DNA of 12,534 bases from Hydrococcus sp. Prado102. Lineage in GTDB: Bacteria; Cyanobacteriota; Cyanobacteriia; Cyanobacteriales; Microcystaceae. Under the pieces are notes generated by a model. It worked only from the letters and a program-made list of their open reading frames with translations. It had not been told where the DNA came from and did no database searches. Shown here piece by piece: positions 1 through 6,762 of this stretch (positions are counted from its first letter, which is position 1; each line of letters opens with the position of its first letter). A program made the position numbers and the translations under genes. Location of the stretch: contig JALOOL010000161.1 in NCBI GenBank assembly GCA_025454425.1, forward strand, positions 1 to 12,534. The letters run 5' to 3'.

Positions 1-336
1 CTAAAAGCGGACTACCATTCGTTAATTGCTAATCAAAAATGAGAATTACTTTTTATTATTCAAACACCACTCCCCTTAGCAACCTCCGTCAAAAGGAAGA
101 ATTGCATCGTATTTTTGCTGAGCTAGGTAATTAATAAAACAGCAATTTCTTTGAATTAATATTTTGAATTTTTTGTAAATATTTTCTTGTTTATATTAAA
201 AAAAATCTAGATAAAAGCAAGCGATCGCCCTCGATAATGAAATGCGAATGTAAGACAAGTAGTGTTTGAATAATAAAATGTGTTGCATCTTTTTTCAAAT
301 TGTTATCGGGATTTGATGCTTTGCAAGTTGCCAGGT

Positions 337-864
337 TTACTGAATCGGTGGTTCGCTCGCCATTGATGCGGCAATCTGCACTAACTCCTGAGAGGAGATA
401 TTGCGGCTGTCTGTACCAATGACATAGCCAGCGCCGTCCTGCTGCCAAATGACATAGTGGTCGGCATCTTCTCCCTCACCTAGCTTCAAATAGTAGCCCA
501 CAATGCCATTCGGTAAAGCGATCGCCTTTGCATTTTCCAGTTTGCGCTGCCAGGAAGCAAATCCAGCTTTAGTGAAGACAGCGACTCCTCCCACCGAACA
601 ACTAGGGCGATCGCACTCTGCATCGATCGCCAAATAGACTTGCAAACCGCGATCGTTGGATTGTACAAAAGGGTAGAGTGTTTCCGAGCGATCGGGTAAG
701 GTCGCTGGAAGGCGCATTGGCAATCCTTGGGGCAATTTCTGTCGAATTTCCGACAAAATTGGCGCGAATAGGGAGGCGGGTTCTGCTTGCGCCGAAATCG
801 TACCGATGCTAATTCCCAGCAGCCCTACGCCAATGCTCCATAAAAGCAACCATGTCAATTTCAT
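337..864 (-). CDS. Hypothetical exported protein (N-terminal signal peptide, no recognisable domain)
   Basis: ATG at 864 (cat 862-864). N-terminus MKLTWLLLWSIGVGLLGISIGTISAQA is a typical Sec signal peptide with an AxA-like cleavage site. Codon usage matches neighbouring genes. Divergent from HK1 across a 156-bp region. Confidence 0.6.
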   Translation of the reverse strand: MKLTWLLLWSIGVGLLGISIGTISAQAEPASLFAPILSEIRQKLPQGLPMRLPATLPDRSETLYPFVQSNDRGLQVYLAIDAECDRPSCSVGGVAVFTKAGFASWQRKLENAKAIALPNGIVGYYLKLGEGEDADHYVIWQQDGAGYVIGTDSRNISSQELVQIAASMASEPPIQ

Positions 865-930
865 CTATTCACTCCCAAACAATACGAACAGTTTCACTGT
901 AGGAGATGAAGCGCGATCGCAACCTTGCCT

Positions 931-962
931 AAAGTCAGGCAAATTTAATGACTTTTGTCACG
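931..962. promoter_or_regulatory. Putative operator: imperfect palindrome AAAGTCAg-N9-ATGACTTTtGTCA midway between the divergent starts at 864 and 1021
   Basis: Read directly from the sequence. The same 13-mer ATGACTTTTGTCA occurs at 5039-5051, and related half-sites AAGTCAT/ATGACT lie upstream of HK2 at 8173-8208. A small hairpin ttgcct/aggcaa overlaps it at 925-942. Confidence 0.4.
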
Positions 963-1020
963 ATCGCGCCAGTCCATTTAATGCAAGATCGGAATAGATG
1001 GCTTTTCTGCACGAGTTGGC

Positions 1021-2193
1021 ATGACAAAAACAAACAGCCTCTTTGCGTCCCTGCGGCAGACAGTAAGATATGTGGAATGGATTGTGTTGCTGGCAAGTTT
1101 ATTATCGGGGTTGCTCAGCGACTATTTTCAGAAGCATCCACAACTCTTGCCTTTTTTTTGCGCTTATGTAGGAATTTTTTTTGGCTTGAGTGGCTACTTT
1201 CCTGTCGCTCGTCCGCTTTGGCAGCGTCGTCTGTATGTGGGGGTCGAACTGCTGCTAATTTTGTTGGCATTAGCAATGCGACTGTGGTTCGATCTGTTGA
1301 TGTACTTTATCCTCGCTAAGAGTTGTTTTCTGCTGCGTTGGCGAGAAGTGGTTATAGCTGCGATCTCGCTCGGCATCGGCAACACTGCTATCTCTGCCTG
1401 GATTTTGCCCCAACGAATTGCAGAAGTGGTCGAACGGATTCAGGCTGGCATCACTGTTTACCACGTTCCAACAATTTTATTAGTGAATGCAGTAAACTAT
1501 GCGGGATCGAGTCTGGTTGCCATTTGGTTTGGGGTTGTGTTAGTTGCAGAACGAAAAAGTCGTCAAAAAGCAGAAGTGTTAGCTCAACAGGTAGAATTGC
1601 AGACAGCGACGCTAGAACGCACTCGCATTGCCAGAGACATTCATGATTCTTTAGGGCATTCCCTTACCGCCCTCGACGTACAGCTAGAGTTGTCACAGAG
1701 ACTATTTCAGAACAATCCTACCGCATCGCAAGAAGCAGTGGCGATCGCCCATCAACTCGCTAAACAATGTTTGCAAGACGTGCGGCGATCTGTACAGATG
1801 CTCAGACACGATGAATTCGATCTCAATCGAGCCTTAACGAATTTAACAGATCGGATTCGCCAGGATCGTTCTGTTGAGATTCTCTGCAATCTCAAACTGC
1901 CCGAACTCACAACTCAACAAAGCCATCAGCTTTACTGCATAATTCAAGAAGGACTGACAAACGTACAAAAACACGCTAGAGCAACTCAGGTGAATTTGAG
2001 CGGTTATACAACTCCAACAGCAATCGAAATCGAGCTACGAGATAATGGCATTGGATTTAATCCAAATATAACTCGCGCCGGTTTTGGGCTGCTAGGGATG
2101 CGAGAGCGAGTACAATTGCTCGATGGGCAGTTTAAGATTCAAAGTGCAGTGGGTCAGGGAACTTCTATTCAGATTACGATTCCCTTATCTTGA
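1021..2193 (+). CDS. Sensor histidine kinase, HisKA_3 (NarL-partner) family, with a six-TM intramembrane sensing N-domain
   Basis: ATG at 1021. About six predicted TM helices in the first ~190 aa. H-box ERTRIARDIHDSLGHSLTAL is typical of HisKA_3. HATPase_c motifs QEGLTNVQKHA (N-box) and DNGIGF...GFGLLGMRERV (G-boxes). Overlaps the downstream RR by TGATG. Paralog of 8275-9495. Confidence 0.85.
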   Translation: MTKTNSLFASLRQTVRYVEWIVLLASLLSGLLSDYFQKHPQLLPFFCAYVGIFFGLSGYFPVARPLWQRRLYVGVELLLILLALAMRLWFDLLMYFILAKSCFLLRWREVVIAAISLGIGNTAISAWILPQRIAEVVERIQAGITVYHVPTILLVNAVNYAGSSLVAIWFGVVLVAERKSRQKAEVLAQQVELQTATLERTRIARDIHDSLGHSLTALDVQLELSQRLFQNNPTASQEAVAIAHQLAKQCLQDVRRSVQMLRHDEFDLNRALTNLTDRIRQDRSVEILCNLKLPELTTQQSHQLYCIIQEGLTNVQKHARATQVNLSGYTTPTAIEIELRDNGIGFNPNITRAGFGLLGMRERVQLLDGQFKIQSAVGQGTSIQITIPLS

Positions 2194-2195
2194 TG

Positions 2196-2834
2196 ATGAT
2201 TCGCTTGCTTATAGTCGATGACCAACCCTTATTTCGTCAGGCACTTGCCTCGCTTTTGGCACTGGAACCCGACTTAGATGTTGTTGGGCAAGCAAGCGAT
2301 GGACGGGCAGCGATCGCGCTTTCATCTCAACTGCAACCCGATGTTATCCTCATGGACGTGCGAATGCCCGTTTGTGATGGCGTGATGGCAACTCAGGAAA
2401 TTCATCAACGCTTTCCCTGGATACGTATTTTGGTGTTAACCACGTTTGACGAAGACGAATACATCTGGAAATCCCTGCAAGCAGGAGCGTTGGGCTACTT
2501 ACTCAAAAGTACGCCTGCTCCTCAACTTGCCACCGCCATTCGGACTTTGCACCAGGGACACTGCCAGCTAGGGCCAACCATCGCCCCGAAAGTGATTGCT
2601 CAACTCAACGCACCTATAACGTTTAAATCTGCCGAACAGTATAACTTCACGGAGCGAGAACGCGAGATTCTACTGCAACTGGCGACGGGCAAAAGTAACC
2701 GAGAAATTGCTCAAACTTTACATCTGACGGAAGGGACGGTGAAAAACTATGTCAGTCAGGTGTTGAATCGTTTGGGAATGCGCGATCGCACTCAAGCAGC
2801 GCTTTGGGCAAAGCAGCATCTTAGTAATTCGTAA
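2196..2834 (+). CDS. Response regulator, NarL/FixJ family (REC domain plus LuxR-type HTH)
   Basis: N-terminus MIRLLIVDDQPLFRQ...DVILMDVRMP has the acidic pocket and phospho-acceptor Asp. C-terminal HTH EREILLQLATGKSNREIAQTLHLTEGTVKNYVSQVLNRLG is GerE/LuxR type. The ORF track starts at TTG 2190. ATGs at 2193 and 2196 are more likely, and 2196 matches the paralog RR2's MIRLL. Overlaps or abuts the HK1 stop, suggesting translational coupling. Confidence 0.9.
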   Translation: MIRLLIVDDQPLFRQALASLLALEPDLDVVGQASDGRAAIALSSQLQPDVILMDVRMPVCDGVMATQEIHQRFPWIRILVLTTFDEDEYIWKSLQAGALGYLLKSTPAPQLATAIRTLHQGHCQLGPTIAPKVIAQLNAPITFKSAEQYNFTEREREILLQLATGKSNREIAQTLHLTEGTVKNYVSQVLNRLGMRDRTQAALWAKQHLSNS

Positions 2835-2851
2835 ATTCAAGGGGATTGCAA

Positions 2852-3496
2852 TTATGAATTAGAACGAAGCGATTTGACGATAATCCCGACAGTATCGGTA
2901 ATGATGTGAGCGATGATACATGGGAGTAAATCCCCCGTCCCCAGATAAAAGAGGGTCAGCAAACCTCCTGAAATAACTGTAGTGCAAGCTGCATTCCAAC
3001 CCCAGAGGGGTACATGAGCTATACCGAATGCGATCGCACAAAGCATACCACCAATCCAATAACTTCCTGTCAATCCTGACAGCCGTTCGGTGGCATAACC
3101 TCGATATAATATCTCCTCTACAATGCCACCGCTCCCGACGGCAAAAATGAGATACCACACTGGAAGTTTAGTAAGCTCGTCAAGACCGCTTTCAAACCCG
3201 CTTCTACCCAGTTTATTCATTGCCCAGAGCAACAGAGGAGAGTAAATGAAAATGAGGAAACCAGCAAATGCTAAACCCCAGATTAGAGAATGCCAGTGCC
3301 AAGAATGCAAGCCAATTGAAGATAAAGGTTGTTTTTCCCAAAAGATGACGATTCCCAAAATTACGATCGCCAACGTTGCTAGAACGATCTGCCCCAACAC
3401 TTTGCTAGTGAGACTTTGATAATTGTCAAAGCTAGCTATAAGTGCTGGCCCGATTAGGGCAAGGCATAAACCCGCGATCGTTGGAAGAAAACTCAT
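2852..3496 (-). CDS. CPBP family intramembrane glutamic metalloprotease (CAAX protease/Abi-like)
   Basis: ATG at 3496. Polytopic membrane protein carrying the three CPBP motifs: EEILYRGY (EExxxR), FGIAHV (FxxxH) and HIITD (HxxxD/N). Convergent with RR1 across a 17-bp gap. Confidence 0.8.
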   Translation of the reverse strand: MSFLPTIAGLCLALIGPALIASFDNYQSLTSKVLGQIVLATLAIVILGIVIFWEKQPLSSIGLHSWHWHSLIWGLAFAGFLIFIYSPLLLWAMNKLGRSGFESGLDELTKLPVWYLIFAVGSGGIVEEILYRGYATERLSGLTGSYWIGGMLCAIAFGIAHVPLWGWNAACTTVISGGLLTLFYLGTGDLLPCIIAHIITDTVGIIVKSLRSNS

Positions 3497-3555
3497 TCAG
3501 AATTACTGTGCTAGTTATTTGTATGGTAGTCGAGAGGGGAGCGAGTCTAGACAGT

Positions 3556-3663
3556 TTAAGTGCTAGGGTGCTTCCGTCTTAACAGCATCCCAGCACCAAC
3601 GGCGATCGCGAAAGAACCGACAATCGCGATCGTACAGGCTTTTAAACTCAATTGAACCTTCAT
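3556..3663 (-). CDS. Possible small single-TM membrane protein (35 aa)
   Basis: Internal ATG of the 78-aa ORF gives MKVQLSLKACTIAIVGSFAIAVGAGMLLRRKHPST, a hydrophobic helix followed by a basic tail. An AAGGA Shine-Dalgarno lies 8 nt upstream, immediately after the stop of the 114-aa ORF. The longer 78-aa version overlaps the upstream gene out of frame and looks like an artefact. Confidence 0.25.
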   Translation of the reverse strand: MKVQLSLKACTIAIVGSFAIAVGAGMLLRRKHPST

Positions 3664-3676
3664 TATGACTTTTTCC

Positions 3677-4021
3677 TTATAAAACATTGCAATCAAAAAG
3701 CATTTTGAGCGGTAGAACATCTTCAACAGTATTGTTAATGAATTGTTGAATCGCAGGTTCAAAGGGAACGCGAAATAAGTTAAAAACTTCATTGTTTCTG
3801 CCTAAATCTTCTTTCTTTTGATACAAAATTAAATAGTCTCCCTCTAAGCTCTTTTCCAAAAAAATTGACTCTAAGATAATTCCTTTTTGGCTAAGAATTT
3901 GTTGGATGCGATCGCGTTGGTTAGATAAGTTTTTTATCCAGAAAACAACATAATCTGTAATTCCTGGCTTGAGTTTAATTTTGAAACATTGCGTCTTATC
4001 GCTAACGAGTAAACCTTCCAT
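3677..4021 (-). CDS. Hypothetical protein (114 aa) in an AT-rich segment
   Basis: ATG at 4021 and an uninterrupted ORF. No motif I can assign. It has visibly lower GC than flanking genes and few HIP1 sites, which fits a foreign or recently acquired insert. Confidence 0.45.
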   Translation of the reverse strand: MEGLLVSDKTQCFKIKLKPGITDYVVFWIKNLSNQRDRIQQILSQKGIILESIFLEKSLEGDYLILYQKKEDLGRNNEVFNLFRVPFEPAIQQFINNTVEDVLPLKMLFDCNVL

Positions 4022-4045
4022 ATTTGATTGACAATTGTTATTGAA

Positions 4046-4630
4046 TTATTTTGCAGAAAAACATCGCTTGCAAGCATTGTATTCTTGAGGCGGAATCAGC
4101 ACGCGATCGATGACGTGAATTACTCCATTGCTCGCAAGAATATCTGCGCGAATTACATTTGAATCATTGATTTTGATTGCGCGATCGCCCACATCTACCG
4201 TGACGGACTGACCCTCCGCCGTCTCTACAGAACCATTAGACAGTTGCTCTGAAGTAACCTGTCCTGGAACGACATGATAGGTCAAAATTTTTACTAGTTC
4301 ATCGCGGTTTTCGGGTTTTAAAAGTTCCTCTAGTACTCCCTCTGGTAAGGCGGCAAATGCCTCATTAGTAGGCGCAAAAACGGTAAATGGGCCGTTATTT
4401 GAGAGGGTTTCTATCAATCGGGCTGCTTCAATCGCAGTAGCTAAAGTGCTGAAGGAATCGTTAGAAGCAGCAATGTCAACGATGTTATCGGTAGATTTTT
4501 TTGAGGCTACTTCCGCACAACTATTAGAGCGAGCTTCTAGAGGTAATGCAAGTCCAACAGTGCAAATAAGACAGGCGATCGCGATCGAGGCAGGGATTTT
4601 TGTGTAGAGTAAATGAATCATGGTTTTCAT
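4046..4630 (-). CDS. Fasciclin (FAS1) domain protein, secreted
   Basis: Track start 4642 is TTG. The ATG at 4630 gives MKTMIHLLYTKIPASIAIACLICTVGLALPLEA, a signal peptide. The FAS1 core is FTVFAPTNEAFAALPEG...LTYHVVPG...GVIHVIDRVLIP. Confidence 0.85.
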   Translation of the reverse strand: MKTMIHLLYTKIPASIAIACLICTVGLALPLEARSNSCAEVASKKSTDNIVDIAASNDSFSTLATAIEAARLIETLSNNGPFTVFAPTNEAFAALPEGVLEELLKPENRDELVKILTYHVVPGQVTSEQLSNGSVETAEGQSVTVDVGDRAIKINDSNVIRADILASNGVIHVIDRVLIPPQEYNACKRCFSAK

Positions 4631-4643
4631 GCTAACTATCAAT

Positions 4644-4925
4644 TTATTTTTGTCTGATACGACGACGAACAGCCGATAGAAATCCTCCTGCTAAAAACGT
4701 CCCTAAGATGGTAGTCGGTTCGGGTATGGCAGAAGTCATCGCTTCAGTACGAGCAGCACCAACAACGCCACCTCCTAAGTCAGAATTTCCTAAAAAATCG
4801 GCAAATTTGTCAGAAATCAGTAATTCTGCTTCTAGAGCTAACATTTCTTCCTCAAAAGCTAACTCGCTCGGAGTTGCAATATCAAAAAGAATGGCTCCGG
4901 TGTCGAGGGTATCTCTTACAAACAA
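4644..4925 (-). CDS. PEP-CTERM sorting-domain protein fragment (no signal peptide; possibly truncated or a pseudogene)
   Basis: C-terminus IPEPTTILGTFLAGGFLSAVRRRIRQK has the PEP motif, a TM helix and an Arg-rich cluster, the signature of an exosortase target. The ORF begins at TTG with an in-frame stop 15 codons upstream, and has no ATG and no signal peptide. It sits directly upstream of the fasciclin gene on the same strand. Confidence 0.4.
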   Translation of the reverse strand: MFVRDTLDTGAILFDIATPSELAFEEEMLALEAELLISDKFADFLGNSDLGGGVVGAARTEAMTSAIPEPTTILGTFLAGGFLSAVRRRIRQK

Positions 4926-5018
4926 ACCACTGGCATCTTCAGTGACACGAGTGAGTCTAAACTTGGTAATCTAAACAACTGTTGAGTAATGTAGCCGAGA
5001 GTTGAGTGCAATTTCTCC

Positions 5019-5051
5019 CACAAAAGTCATAAAGATCGATGACTTTTGTCA
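5019..5051. promoter_or_regulatory. Near-perfect inverted repeat cACAAAAGTCAT-N8-ATGACTTTTGTc, centred between the divergent starts at 4925 and 5140
   Basis: Read directly from the sequence. The arms are 11/12 complementary. It shares the 13-mer ATGACTTTTGTCA with the HK1 upstream site at 948-960. It lies about 90-120 nt upstream of the Rmf-like ORF. Confidence 0.4.
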
Positions 5052-5139
5052 TGTTTTAGATTACAGTAGCTGTATGTTTGCAGTATTTGTTAATTTAAAT
5101 TTTTCAAAGACAACAACCAAAGAGGATAGATAAAGATTT

Positions 5140-5319
5140 ATGTCTCGCGAAATGTCCTCAGAACAATTAGCTTCCGCTTATCAAGCTGGATATCGGGATG
5201 GATATTGTGGAAAGCAAGCGTGCCCAGAGAATTTCCCAGCACAGGAAGAGGAATATTTAAAAGGACACCGCAAGGGTTGGTTTGATGGCTATGCAGGACA
5301 ACCTAGACCTACTATCTAG
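5140..5319 (+). CDS. Small protein (59 aa) resembling ribosome modulation factor (Rmf/CrpP fold)
   Basis: Not in the ORF track because it falls just below the apparent length cut-off. Translation is MSREMSSEQLASAYQAGYRDGYCGKQACPENFPAQEEEYLKGHRKGWFDGYAGQPRPTI. The YQAG...CP...GW spacing matches the E. coli Rmf core RGYQAGIAGRSKEMCPYQ...WLGGWREA. A GAGG motif lies upstream. Confidence 0.5.
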   Translation: MSREMSSEQLASAYQAGYRDGYCGKQACPENFPAQEEEYLKGHRKGWFDGYAGQPRPTI

Positions 5320-5376
5320 AGTCGGTTGAATTAAAACTTCTATCTTTTTCTTTGTCGCGATTATGATTTCACTTAA

Positions 5377-5913
5377 ATGAAAAAAGTAGCAGTATTTGGC
5401 AATACTGGAGGCGGTAAATCAACTCTAAGTAAGAGATTATCCGAAATCACTGGTTTGCCACTTTATATCTTAGACAAGGTTCAATATCAAGCGGGAGGCA
5501 TTGAGGTTTTACCCGAAGTCTATAAACGCGCCCATGAGAAAATTTTAGAGACTGACCGATGGATTATTGATGGGCTTGGTTGTATGGAAACCCTCTGGAT
5601 GCGACTAAACGAGGCGGATAGTCTGGTTTTTGTCGATCTGCCGCTATACGTGCATTTCTGGTGGGTGACTAAACGTGCGATCGCAGGTCACTTTAAAGCG
5701 CCCGAAGGCTGGCCCGAAAATAGCCCAATATTAAAGAGTTCTCTGAGTAGCTACCGCGTGCTTTGGTTATGTTACAAATATTTGACCCCAAAATATCGCG
5801 AGTATGTCGAGCAAGCACAAAACACCAAAAATGTTTATCACATCAGATCTACTCAACAGATTGCACAATTTTTGGAATTAATTGAAAATAATACTAATTT
5901 TGGACATATTTAG
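5377..5913 (+). CDS. P-loop NTPase, adenylate-kinase-like (FlaR / 'topology modulation protein' type AAA ATPase)
   Basis: ATG at 5377. Walker A is GNTGGGKST at the extreme N-terminus. The WIIDG motif is typical of FlaR-like small kinases. It lies 57 nt downstream of the Rmf-like ORF, so co-transcription is possible. Confidence 0.7.
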   Translation: MKKVAVFGNTGGGKSTLSKRLSEITGLPLYILDKVQYQAGGIEVLPEVYKRAHEKILETDRWIIDGLGCMETLWMRLNEADSLVFVDLPLYVHFWWVTKRAIAGHFKAPEGWPENSPILKSSLSSYRVLWLCYKYLTPKYREYVEQAQNTKNVYHIRSTQQIAQFLELIENNTNFGHI

Positions 5914-5959
5914 CCTTAAAATTAAGAATAAAGCATTGAAACACTTCCTCGACTCAAAT

Positions 5960-6026
5960 ATTTGGCTTTTCTAGAGCGCGATCGCACAGATCCTAACAAT
6001 TTCCCCGCACCGAGAATCTGATTAAT
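5960..6026. repeat. About 67-bp direct repeat copy A: an out-of-frame duplicate of the PEP-CTERM tail-coding 3' end of the gene at 6759-8084
   Basis: atttggcttttctagagcgcgatcgcacagatcctaacaatttccccgcaccgagaatctgattaat matches 6761-6825 at about 88% identity with a 2-nt indel. On the minus strand it would encode ELMILGAGKLLGSVRSRSRKAK, versus GLMILGAGKLLRYVRSPSRKAK in copy B. It lacks the PEP motif and is out of frame with the 246-aa gene it follows. Confidence 0.6.
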
Positions 6027-6762
6027 TCTGCTGCGCTTGATGCAATGCTAGTGCTAAACCAGCATATTCGCTCAAGCCTTGCGGTATGTACCCTAGAGAA
6101 CGAGCGGCGCGATCGCCAAACAGACACGTCACAATTGTTGGATAATCTTGAGTAGACAAATATGGTGCGACGATCTCGCGGGTGTAGGCAAGATCGTCCG
6201 CGTCGAGATTGGATTGTCTGCAACCTGCCATTGCCATTGCATATCCTTCTTGATTCAACATCTCTTGTAGGGTTCGTGCAAACCCGTACCGTTGAATATA
6301 CGCGGCGCGATACGCGGCGGTTAATGTTACTTCATGCACCTTTTGTATCGATGGAACTTCGCTCGTCCATAAAATTCCACTCAACCAACCCCGTTTGAGG
6401 CTTTGTTCTGTCTCAAAGCGAGTACTGAATTCGCTCGTGTAACGATTTGTCCATCCTCCCATGAGATCGTCAGCAACTACCAATCCTAGTTTGAATGTGC
6501 CTGAATCCTCCTCGAATCGATCTAACATCTGTGCGATCGCACGATCTGCTACAGCATCCGCATCCATAGCAAGCAGGGTATCGAGTATTGCTGGAATATG
6601 CTCTTTACCCATTGGATTCATTGCTACCAATGGTAGTAATTTAACATCCGAAGCGTCGGCGCGAAGAATTGTTTCGAGGTAAACACGAAAACGATCCTGT
6701 CCCCGTGGAATGTTGTAGAGATCGCGCTGAAGTTGCAGTAATGGGATAAATTTGAGCTTCAT
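6022..6762 (-). CDS. Hypothetical cytoplasmic protein (246 aa), translationally coupled to the upstream PEP-CTERM hydrolase gene
   Basis: The ATG at 6762 overlaps the TGA stop of the upstream gene (ATGA). No signal peptide and no motif I can assign. Flanked by the two repeat copies. Confidence 0.6.
   Translation of the reverse strand: MKLKFIPLLQLQRDLYNIPRGQDRFRVYLETILRADASDVKLLPLVAMNPMGKEHIPAILDTLLAMDADAVADRAIAQMLDRFEEDSGTFKLGLVVADDLMGGWTNRYTSEFSTRFETEQSLKRGWLSGILWTSEVPSIQKVHEVTLTAAYRAAYIQRYGFARTLQEMLNQEGYAMAMAGCRQSNLDADDLAYTREIVAPYLSTQDYPTIVTCLFGDRAARSLGYIPQGLSEYAGLALALHQAQQN

Noticed and set aside
191-997. ORFs 191-448(-), 486-668(-) and 806-997(+)
   Set aside because: They overlap or nest within the signal-peptide protein gene or the divergent promoter region. 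Two start at non-ATG codons, and none has a motif.
948-1646. Plus- and minus-strand ORFs 948-1319, 1194-1385, 1270-1464 and 1323-1646 overlapping the HK1 gene
   Set aside because: They lie out of frame inside a well-supported kinase CDS and have low-complexity, Cys/Arg-rich translations. These are typical shadow ORFs.
2833-2862. Weak inverted repeat aattcaa...atgaatt between convergent RR1 and CPBP genes
   Set aside because: Only a 6/7-bp AT-only stem with no U-tract, too weak to call a terminator.
2859-3158. 99-aa minus-strand ORF inside the CPBP gene
   Set aside because: Alternative frame of a gene with clear family motifs. The translation is Arg/Cys/His-rich nonsense.
3665-3674. Lone ATGACTTTTT half-site overlapping the start of the 35-aa ORF
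   Set aside because: A single half-site without an inverted partner. One or two copies are expected by chance.
3556-3792. Full-length 78-aa ORF
   Set aside because: Its 5' 116 nt overlap the 114-aa ORF out of frame. Only the distal 35-aa part, which has its own SD, is plausible.
4708-4974. 88-aa plus-strand ORF antisense to the PEP-CTERM fragment
   Set aside because: Low-complexity Ser/Ala/Pro translation antisense to a recognisable PEP-CTERM coding sequence.
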